DNA from: Eledone cirrhosa | Taxonomy: Eukaryota | Length of the DNA stretch: 64,000 nucleotides | Direction of reading: 5' to 3' | Assembly: GCA_964016885.1 (NCBI GenBank) | Contig: OZ024742.1 | Coordinates: 239,754,001-239,818,000 of the forward strand | In this document: piece by piece, positions 53,991-64,000 of the stretch | Position numbering within the stretch: the first letter of the stretch is position 1 | How the letters are laid out: each line of letters opens with the position of its first letter | Notes under the pieces: generated by a model | What the model was told of the DNA's origin: nothing | What the model saw: the letters and a program-made list of their open reading frames with translations, nothing else | The model's database searches: none | Made by a program: the position numbers and the translations under genes

Positions 53991-54830
53991 TTACACAATT
54001 GCCATCTACCACAGCTGTGGTAAACAATACTTCCACAGTTGCTATCTAACACAGCTGTGGTAAGAGAGACTTTCACAGTTGCTATCTACGGCAGCTATAG
54101 TAAACCATACTTCTATAGTTGCTATCTACCAAGGCTATGGTAAAACATACTTCTACAGTTGCTATCTACCCCAGCTATGGTAAACAATACTTCTACAGTT
54201 GCTATCTAACACAGCTGTGGTAAGAGATACTTCCACAGTTGCTATCTACGACAGCTATGGTAAGAGATACTTCCACAGTTGCCATTTACTACAGTTATGG
54301 TAAGAGATACTTCCACGATTGCCATCTACCACAGCTATGGTAAGAGATACTTCCACAGTTGCCATCTACCACAGCTGTGGTAAGAGATACTTCCACAGTT
54401 GCCATTTACTACAGCTATGGTAAACAATACTTCCACAGTTACCATCTACCCCAACTATGGTAAGAGATACTTCTACAGTTGCCATCTACCACAGCTGTGG
54501 TAAGAGACACTTCTACAGTTGCTATCTAACACAGCTGTGGTAAGAGATACTTCCACAGTTGCCATCTACCACAGCTGTGGTAAGATATATTTCCACAGTT
54601 ACCATCTACCCCAACTATGGTAAGAGATACTTCCACAGTTGCCATCTACCACAGCTGTGGTAAGAGATACTTCCAGTTGCCATCTACCACAGCTGTGGTA
54701 AGAGATACTTCCACAGTTGCCATCTACCACAGCTGTGGTAAGAGATACTTCCACAGTTGCTATCTACCACAGCTGTGGTAAGAGATACTTCCACAGTTTG
54801 CCATTTACTACAGTTATGGTAAACCATACT
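53991..54830. repeat. 40-bp minisatellite, about 21 copies, with internal 16-bp palindrome
   Basis: Unit ttccacagttgccatctaccacagctgtggtaagagatac, in register for about 840 bp. Confidence 0.97.
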
Positions 54831-55554
54831 TGGTTTTACATTATGAAAAATATTCTTATAGCAACTTTCATTGAGAGGAAGAAAAACAAAACATGTATGG
54901 CTAAAATAATGTTGGATCTAATACAATAGAAGCTGAAACAATGAGATATAATCCTATATAGCCACAGAAGTGATATACAATTAAAGCAGTCTGGAGCCAA
55001 TATGTACTATACTAGTATAAAATCAATATGTTATTGAACTAATAAAGTATCTTTTTATTATTATTATTTTATTTTTATTTTTTTTTGCTCTTATTAACAC
55101 TTAATATCCTGCAACGATTTAGCAATTTAGCAGAAAATATCTAAAAATGGGTTTGTTAATTCAAATGTTTACAATAGATCATAGTGAAAAATTGTAATAT
55201 AGTTAAGACTTGAATTTTTAATATGATGCAACCATGGTACTGTTTCGTACTTTTCAAGAATGTCTTACTAATGTGGTTTCATGCAGTGACTTAGTAGTAT
55301 GCCCCAAGCTTTTGTTAAGGGTTTTAGGTACCCATGCAAATGCAGTTGCAAGCAGGCACAGATACTCTCTCGGCCATCTCTTTTATCCAGCAGAACATAC
55401 AGAATGTGACAGTTGGAAGGAGAGAGGACAGCATCAACAATGGGCTGGTACTTTCTTTATTGACCCTGAAGGGATGAAAATCAAAATGGACCTCGACAGG
55501 ATTTGAACTCAAGACACTGAGGACTGGAACAAAAATCCAAGCATTTTCACATCA

Positions 55555-56225
55555 TTTCCCTGCTAAAGCAGGAGTTAGCCGTGTAAGTCATGTGATAAGC
55601 TTCTCCATTTTGTCACATTTGCATCCTATTCACCAACCCACTAGCTTTCATTTCCTCCTCCATCACCTCATCCATGTCTTTCTTGGTCTTTCCTCTTCCT
55701 GTACTTCCTTCCACATTTATAGCAATCATCCCTCTCACCCAGTCATTTTCATCCTTCCTCAAAACATGACCCAACCATCTCATTCTATTTCTCTACACAA
55801 CACCCACCACTGGCTCCATCTATTTCCCTCACTCTTCTCACCCAGTTACTTTCATTCTGCCTCAACCATCTCATTATATTTCTCATCACAACAGTCATCA
55901 CTGAATCTATTCCTCTCACCAAGTCATTTTCATCCTTCCTCAACACATGACCCAACCGTCCCATTCTATTTCTCTTCACAACATTCATTACTGATTCTAT
56001 TGCTCTCCTTCAGTCACTTCCATTCTTCCTCAACACATGGCCCAACCATCTCATTCTATTTCTCTTCACAACACCCACTACTGGCTCTATCTATTTCTCT
56101 TCACAACACCCACCACTGGCTCTATCTATTTCTCTTCACAACACCCACCACTGGTTCTATCTATTTCTATCACCCTCTCATCCAGTCACATTCCCCAACC
56201 ATCTCATTCCATTTCTTTTCCATCT
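55555..56225 (-). mobile_element. Second RTE 3' fragment with tandem amplification, including a 34-bp sub-repeat
   Basis: Repeated catccttcctcaacacatgacccaaccatctcattc; repeated ctatttctcttcacaacacccaccactggctctat at about 56055-56170. Confidence 0.75.
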
Positions 56226-56986
56226 ACTCAATTTCACTCACAAGGTATGAGTCAACCCAAAGCTATGGTAAATGACACTTGCCAAAGATGCTATGTCTAA
56301 TATCTAAAGTCTGTCTTGAGCGCAGAGGCTCATGAGTACATGACTGTCCCCTGGACATGATGCCAGTCCATTACAGGGTTAAACCCTCAGCTATTACTGG
56401 TACTCATTTTCAACTGAGTATAATGGAGCAACATGAAATGATGTATTTTGCTCAAGATAACAAAACACATCCCAGTCCAGGAATCAAACACGACATTATG
56501 ATTTCAAATCCAACACCCTTACCACTAGGCCGTGTGTCTCCACAAAGATGCCATGTAGTGAGATGAAACCCAGGACTTTGTGATTGTGACGTGAACTTCT
56601 TTCTTTATATATTGTATTCTAACTCAAAATATGTAGCTATGAAAACTAACTTCAATATACATGCATTGTAACATGAGTGGATTAATCACCTCAGGGTGAA
56701 AGAAACCCTTGGAGTTCTTTGTTTTTCTATAAAATATTGATTTGTGTTAGTTTTGTTTTTGTTTTGTTTTTTTTATTTTTTCCTCCTGTTATTTTCAAAA
56801 AGTCTGTGCAAAACAAATATGGAGTGAGTAGCAACACAATGCAAAATGTGAGATTAACTAAGAGATAACATCAGTTTTTGTACTGGTGTTATCAGGAAAT
56901 TCTATACAGCAGTAATATTATAAACTCAGTAAATAGAAAACAATTTTCCTCTTCTCTTACTCTTTAGTTAGATAGGTGAGACAATA

Positions 56987-56996
56987 TGAGAGAGGG

Positions 56997-57075
<79 letters not shown>
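56987..57075. repeat. (GA)n microsatellite
   Basis: Directly visible. Confidence 0.98.
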
Positions 57076-57079
<4 letters not shown>

Positions 57080-57467
57080 CACAACCACACACAATGATAT
57101 TATAGGTGTATCAAGTAAATTAATTTAGACCTACTTCAACAGGTTTGTCACCTGCAGATACTGGATATTAAATTAATATTTCTCATTCAATTTATGGGCT
57201 AGGTATATCTTCAAATCTTAATGTATTTGTATACAATATAAGCAATCAAACTCTGGCAGGTGATTTCTTTCTCCCTCCTCAATAATATTAAAGTCTTAAT
57301 TAGCAGTAGCAATAACTCAACATGATACAGCATGAATATTCTAATCTATGATCATAAAATACCCACAGCAAGGCATATGTATGTTTATTATACACAAACA
57401 TATTGGATACGCTTTCATATATGCTTCTATTATGAATCTCACTGTGTTAGTGTTACTGATAAGTAAC

Positions 57468-57646
57468 TGTTTCTACTTTTGGCACAAGGCCAGCAATTAC
57501 CCAGTGCATTACTGGTACTTTATTTTATCGACCCCGTAAGGATGAAAGGCAAAGTCAACCTCGGCGGGATTTGAACTCAGATCGTAAAGGGACGTAACTA
57601 TGCTGGAAAGCATGGCGTCCGACCCTCTACCGATACTGCCAATCCA
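57468..57646 (-). mobile_element. Young SINE family A copy
   Basis: Nearly identical to 13981-14165; TSD gataagtaac. Confidence 0.9.
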
Positions 57647-58213
57647 GATAAGTAACACCAGTTAATCAAGCCCACACTATATGCAAATGAGTATTATTCA
57701 ATAATATATTATCTGCAAAAATATATAAAAGCTATCAGCTTATTTTGCCTCAGTATTGGGTGAGTAAATTGCACTGAAGATGTGATAAAAATCCTGAAAT
57801 ATTAATATTTGGCATTCTCAATAATTGAGCTTTAAATAAGCTCAATTATTGAGAATCATACCTAGCTCACAGAATATACATGACCAAATAGTTTCTTTCC
57901 TTAAATACCTTAGTAATGCAGTCTCAACCTCTCTCTCTCTCTCTGTCTCACACACTCAAATTAGATAAAATAATTTTGCACACACACACATATATATACT
58001 AAGAGTACTTAAATTATTAACACACCATTGACACTTAAAGATTAGCATAGATCCTCCTACATCTTACATTTAAGGAAATCTCCATTTTGGTGCTAATTTC
58101 ATCAGATTGTTACAATATATTTCACATATATTGTTTTACATCACAGCTTTGATAAAACAATTAAAACATGAAATCCAATAAAAATTAGAACCAAAAGGCA
58201 TATATAACTCAAT

Positions 58214-58502
58214 TTAACTCTTAACATCCTCTAATGATTTAGTAGAAAATGTTTAGAGTAAATACTTCAATATTTACTGTGATAGTCATAGAGCTGTTTA
58301 GTAATTTTCAAGAAAGTTTTGCTAATGTGGTTTGTTGATTCAAATATCTTTCTAGTGGAGAGATCATGAACATTTGCAACATTAGAATAAAGGCTTCAAA
58401 TATTAATGTGATGAAACCATAGTCATAGTGTTGTTTTGTAATTTTCAAGAAAGTCTTGCTATGTTAATGTTATTTCATGTGGTACAGAATGTTAAGAGTT
58501 AA
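58214..58502. mobile_element. TTAA-flanked MITE family 2; other copies 9109-9675, about 31660-31985, 51050-51430, 55095-55290
   Basis: TIR ttaactcttaacatcct / gaatgttaagagttaa. Confidence 0.72.
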
Positions 58503-58567
58503 ACAATGAACAACAACACACATAGATATGCCAAAAGATTGGATTGAATATTTTCAGTAGAGATTAC

Positions 58568-58644
58568 CTTGAGAGTTGATCAAGTTGAACTCTCATGACT
58601 TCCAGCTCTTTCTTTGCTCTAGTTAAATCATCATAAATTCTTTC
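58568..58644 (-). CDS. PPFIA: Liprin-alpha exon (77 nt, phase 0-2): ERIYDDLTRAKKELEVMRVQLDQLS(R)
   Basis: ttttag|GAA...AG|gtaat; open frame, coiled-coil-like; phase 2 matches the next exon. Confidence 0.82.
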
Positions 58645-58839
58645 CTAAAAGGCAGAAAATAAAGAAAATAATAACAAAATAATGGTGGTGGTGGTGCTGA
58701 TTCATTTATTTATTTATAAGCAATGGAATTATAAAAGAGTATCAGGAAAGCTTTAATACAGAAAATAGTTTGTCAGGAAAAAATGTAATCTTTTAACAGA
58801 AAATGCATTGTTGTACACTATAAATACATTCACTGACAT

Positions 58840-58895
<56 letters not shown>

Positions 58896-58913
58896 CAAAC
58901 AAACAAACAAACA

Positions 58914-58965
<52 letters not shown>
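58840..58965. repeat. Compound (GCAC)n-(AAAC)n-(CA)n microsatellite about 200 nt upstream of the 77-nt exon acceptor
   Basis: Directly visible. Confidence 0.97.
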
Positions 58966-58968
<3 letters not shown>

Positions 58969-59251
58969 AAATAAATCCATTTAAATTTTTTCAAAATTAC
59001 CATTGGAGGAATGACAAAGTTCAATGACATTTAGATTTCCAAAATCAACAAAAAATGATTAAGATTATTTTACATTAAATAATGGTTTCTAATTTAGGCA
59101 CATGGCCAGAAATTTCAGTAGGTGAGGAAAGTTGGTTATATTGACCCCAGTACTTGATTAGTACTTTATTTCAACGATGCCAGGAGGATGAAAGGCAAAA
59201 TTTACACAGATGGGATTTGTAACCACAACATAGAGTGCTGTAGTGAAATAA

Positions 59252-59427
59252 TTGTTTCTACTTTTGGCACAAGGCCAGCAATTATCTGGTACTTTATTTT
59301 ATCGACTCCATAAGGATGAAAAGCAAAGTTAACCTTGGCGGGATTTGAACTCAGATTGTAAAGGCCCGAACTCCATGCTGCAAAGCATGGTGTCCGACCC
59401 TCTAACAAACCTGCTAATCTACCGCCC
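59252..59427 (-). mobile_element. SINE family A copy nested in an older family A copy
   Basis: TSD tagtgaaataat; the older copy runs 59080-59240 and resumes after 59440. Confidence 0.82.
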
Positions 59428-59499
59428 TAGTGAAATAATGCAATGTATTTCATCCAATGCTCCGATGATTCTGTCAATCTACAGCCCTCCTTATCATGT

Positions 59500-59870
59500 T
59501 CCCAGAACTGCTGCAGCCAGTCAGTGGGGTGCTACTCTAGACGTTGTCATAATCAGCTGTCACCAGTAGTCTCTAGTCTCTGTCATGTACACAAGAGTCT
59601 CAGTATTGTAACCAGTCAAGTCTTTGATATTGTCATAACGGGATTTTCTTTGTTTGCCTCTCTTTTTCCCTCCCTTGACTGTGCCCTGTAGATGGTTTTA
59701 GACAAGGAGATGTAGTGGGATATATAACCATACCAGGCAAGCTTCTGTCTTTTCACCATCACAAGGATTGGTTCCTGTCTGCCAGCATATTTGTTAACTT
59801 GCTGCCTGACAAAGTTGTTTGTTTTGTGCTCAATGATGAGAAGTGCTTGAATGACTACTGCCCTCATTTC
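59500..59870 (-). mobile_element. Degenerate LINE 3' fragment
   Basis: Minus ORF ...KTNNFVRQQV...GRQEPILVMVKRQKLAWYGYI...LSKTI, typical of RTE-like C-termini. Confidence 0.7.
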
Positions 59871-60258
59871 TTATTAAATAATGGTTTCTGATTTAGGCAC
59901 AAAGCCAACAATTTTGGGCGAGGAGAAAGTCAATAAATCGACCCCAGTGCATTACTGGTACTTTATTTTATCGAGCCTGTAAGGATGAAAGGCAAAGCTA
60001 ACCTCGGTGGAATTTGAACTCAGAACGTAAAGGGTCGTAACTCTATGCTACTAAGCATGTTGTCCTATGTTCAGTCCAGGTTAACTTTGCCTTTCATCCT
60101 TACGGGGTCGATAAAATAAAGTATCAGTCACGCACTGGGATCAATTTCATCGACTTTTCCCTCCCCCATTATTAAATAACAACAAAAAATTATGAAGGAA
60201 TATGCCCAAAGACACATACACACACACAAATTTAACCAAAGTAGAAAGAAATTCTAAC

Positions 60259-60453
60259 CTTTTCACTTTGAGTTTCATCAAGTAATTTTCTGGTGCGTTC
60301 TAATTCTTGTGTCAATTGATTCTTTTCCTCTAAAGCTTGCATTCGTTCTTTAAGGTGGAGCTGCAAACGCTCACTTGATTCTGTCAACAGTTTATCAACT
60401 GTGGCAGAAAGACGAGCATTATGGTCCTCATTCATTTTTTCTCTCTGACGTGC
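60259..60453 (-). CDS. PPFIA: Liprin-alpha coiled-coil exon (195 nt, phase 0-0): [46 protein letters not shown]...QSEK
   Basis: ttcacag|GCA...AAG|gttaga; highly conserved liprin-alpha motif [39 protein letters not shown]. Confidence 0.96.
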
Positions 60454-60668
60454 CTGTGAAAATGAAATTAGAGTGTTTAGTTCTACAATTATTATATCAG
60501 TTCAAAAACATGATCATCATTTTTACGTCCACTTACCCCCATCACCACCATGCCCCAATGGGTTGGATGAGATCTTTTCCTAGCAAGTCCTTCACAGCCA
60601 GATACCCTTCCTGACAGCAATGTATACCTTATTCTAAGTATGGTGTAGGTGCTTATATATATATATAT

Positions 60669-60721
<53 letters not shown>

Positions 60722-61584
60722 TTAACATCCACCTACCCTGCTAGCAAGGGTTGGATGGGTTTTCACAGACTGAGTCTTTACTGAAGTAGGGTCACTGACC
60801 TCCCAGACAGACTGGGGTTTGCATCTTACTTACATATGGTTCTGTATTCTACCAAATGCATCTTATCATGGCACCAACACCAGAGTTGTCATGTCTCTGA
60901 CACATCTGGAGCATCCTCCCAACAATTTGATTGGCAAGCTTGATGCACTTCGTAATAAACGACTTTAGAGCATGTACTGGGTGCTTTTATTTTGTAGATT
61001 ACCAGCACTAGGAAGGTTATCGTGGCCTTGACATAACTGGAGGGTCCTCCCAACCCTTTGTATATAAATACATATAATACAGAAGATTTGCCTTCCTATG
61101 AGCACAGGCTGAAGCATACATTGGGTATGCACCACCTTCACCTCCCACATCCTAAAACTCTTCCCCCCTCATACATGCCTATATACCCACCTCCCTACTC
61201 CTCACACACCCTTCCCATTAAAACTCCCAGCCCACTTTGGAAAGTGGGCATGATGGCGACACAACAAAAAGCGCCCAGCCCACACTGTAAAGTGGTCATG
61301 ATGAAAAGCATCCAACCCACACTGTAAAATGGTCATGTAGGTGTCATGACAAAAAGTACCTAGCCCTCACTGTAAGGTGGTCGTGTAGGTGTCACAACAA
61401 AAAGCAACCAGTATTCACTGTAAATGTGGTTGGCGTTAAGAAGGCATCCAGTTGTAGAAACCAAGAAGCCCAAATCAGTTCTGTATGAGCAAGACATGGT
61501 CATCTGACCCAACTTGCCTCAAATAGGACACCCTATCTAGACCATGCTAGCGTGGAAAATGGACGTTAAACGGTGATGATGATG

Positions 61585-61632
<48 letters not shown>

Positions 61633-62274
61633 TGTTAATGGTTTGTCAAACTGCAATGCTGCAGGCTTTGCAAACAATATTGAGCAGAGAAAAATAAATA
61701 CCACATATGGCAAACAGATTTCCATATGGACAGCAGAAAAATATATATCAATGGAATTCACAAATTCTTTACATTATTAAGTTGTTGATATACTTTTTTG
61801 TTACCAAAACCACTTAAAACAGCCCCTGGTGCTACGAGGCAAAACTGTTGTTTTGAAGTGTTTATATTTATCTAAAATCTTCTATCATAATTTTATGTAA
61901 GAATATTAATTTATGCTCCAAACATCAGCTTAGTAATGAGAAAGTTAATTTCTATTACTAAATGTTCAGAACTTTGAGCTGAACACCCTAACCATATAGC
62001 TACACCACTTAGCCATACACCTTCAAATTATCTCAGTAGTAGACTAGAAAGCAAAAACGATCAACACACTTTGCTAAAATACTCACAATAAACTGACATT
62101 GGCAATAGTATTGAAGTAGTTTTGAAGAGAACTTTTCAGAGAAATATTAATTATAAAATAGAAACATTTGCAGAAAAAATATTGGAATTCAGGGAGAATA
62201 ACCAAGTTATATATGCATTAAGAGCAAACGAGGCAGTTGGTTCCTATTCAACATATGAGTAATATATATATAGA

Positions 62275-62319
<45 letters not shown>

Positions 62320-63494
62320 TATATATATAAGCACCAACACCATACTTAGAATAAGGTATGCATTGCTGTGTATATATATATATAGGTTTGCCAACATAGT
62401 TAAAACAATGAAATCTCCTGTGGGTGCATGTTCCAAGAAGAATTAATCGTGCTTACGTTAATATTACAAATGCAAATCAAAGAGATTCTTAACACTGTGC
62501 ATGTATTTTTAACTGAACTGGAAACTAAGATATAAAAAAATAAAAATAAAAGAAGTGAAAATTACTTGTAGAATAAAAATACTATGAGAAAATTACCTCC
62601 ATAAATACAACGAGAAACGATATTGTCTAAGTGAAGACTGACGCCTACTTTTATACTATTAACATGTCGGCAAAGCTTTAAAGAGGAAGGTCTCCAGAGT
62701 AGTGGAAAGATGATTCAGGTTTAGCTAACATTTAACTATATCCATCTACCAGTAGCAGCATGAAAGGAAAGCAAATACACTACCAAAATTGCAAAGATTA
62801 GCATCAGTTTGGTATTCCATTTATGAGAAACTATTGGCAAATCTAAACTGATTTTATTACTTCCAAGTCAGCTATTCAAAGGTGAACAAATATAGAAATT
62901 AATGCTTTCGATACCAAACTGCCTGAAAGTGGCCCTAGTTCTACAAAACAAAACTGTCACTTAGGGTTAGAGAACTGAATTTGCAATTGTTAGGTTACGA
63001 GATTGATTCCCGGACCAGGCGATGCATTATGTCCATGAGCAAGACACTTTATTTAATGTCGCTCTTACTGCCAGAACTTGCGACAGTAGATAGTATCAGC
63101 TATGGAAAGACCAATGGAAACATTGTTTCCTTGGTCTGACTTGACGAGTTCCACCCCAATCGGTAAGTGAGTAAGATCTGAGATCTTGTTGATTGATTAA
63201 TATCTAAGAAAACCTTCCATCATATTTTCATGTAAGAACTTTTTTTAAATTATATTCCAAACATAAGATTTATAATGAGAAAGTTAGTTATTTTAGAATG
63301 ATTTGAAAATCTTTTTGCTGACATAGATTGAACGGGTTGTTTTGTTTCAAAACTAGACAGGTTAAGGAACCACATCTTGTTCACACATTCCATATTTGGG
63401 CATAGCATCTATGAAAGGGTTAATTGTAAGCTATATATTTTATTTATTTATTTATTTTCCAAATTAAACTTTTTCAATGAAGGCAGTCACTTAC

Positions 63495-63578
63495 CCTCTG
63501 TAACTCATTAGTTTGGTCAGTGAGACTCTGTTCAAGAGATAATAATTTCTCCTGGGCATTACCATGTTGCTGCTCAGC
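63495..63578 (-). CDS. PPFIA: Liprin-alpha exon (84 nt, phase 0-0): AEQQHGNAQEKLLSLEQSLTDQTNELQR
   Basis: Minus strand tatttctag|GCT...AGG|gtaagt. Resembles the vertebrate liprin-alpha segment AEERHGNIEERLRQ...NQELQR that precedes ARQREKMNE. Not in the ORF track. Confidence 0.9.
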
Positions 63579-63912
63579 CTAGAAATAATAAAGAAGACAA
63601 AGAAAGAAAATTTGAGATACATCAAAATACAATACACATCTCACATTTGTTTTTTATCACAAGGGTAAAAATATATCAATAAAAATTCCAATATGTTTTG
63701 TGTCTTTTAGCAAAGGAAAAAAAAGTGTCTTCTATAAAAAGGTCAAAATATCCGATATATTTTTAACTGTTCCTAATACAAAAAATATTGAAGCCAATCT
63801 AAGTTAGAAAATAGTGTTAAAACAAGAGTTAAGTGTTGTGTCTTTTAGAAAAAATTAAATGTTGTGTTATGCCCTGATATTATAGATGATATTGAAAGAA
63901 AAGATTACAGAT

Positions 63913-63952
<40 letters not shown>

Positions 63953-64000
63953 CTGTAAGCTACTTAATTTAAGGGACCAGGAACATAAATTTGATTAACT

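Noticed and set aside
53991-54830. CRISPR-like appearance of the palindromic 40-bp array
   Set aside because: No unique spacers, no cas genes, eukaryotic intron; it is a tandem minisatellite.
55592-56275. 227-aa Ser/His-rich ORF
   Set aside because: Antisense reading of the tandemly amplified LINE fragment.

Overview
AT-rich, microsatellite- and transposon-dense eukaryotic DNA whose repeat content suggests an octopod cephalopod (inference). The window lies inside one minus-strand gene, liprin-alpha (PPFIA/SYD-2 family). I read seven GT-AG exons with consistent phases (63495-63578, 60259-60453, 58568-58644, 50858-50984, 39332-39549, 32233-32428, 18978-19067), covering the coiled-coil region and the start of the Ser/Pro-rich linker; the SAM domains lie beyond position 1. 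The introns hold RTE-clade LINE fragments (two with a PHD-type Cys/His finger), tRNA-derived SINEs, two deleted DD37D (maT) transposons, a mariner remnant, TTAA-flanked MITEs and minisatellites. The most notable unannotated signals are: a near-canonical type I hammerhead ribozyme with a branched stem II at about 22.0 kb plus degenerate relatives; candidate microexons whose lengths restore the reading frame in pairs; dsRNA-forming inverted repeats beside coding exons; and a 40-bp satellite of about 21 copies built on a perfect Runx/E-box palindrome. Most ORF-track entries are microsatellite or antisense artefacts. All calls were read by eye; repeat boundaries and identities are approximate.
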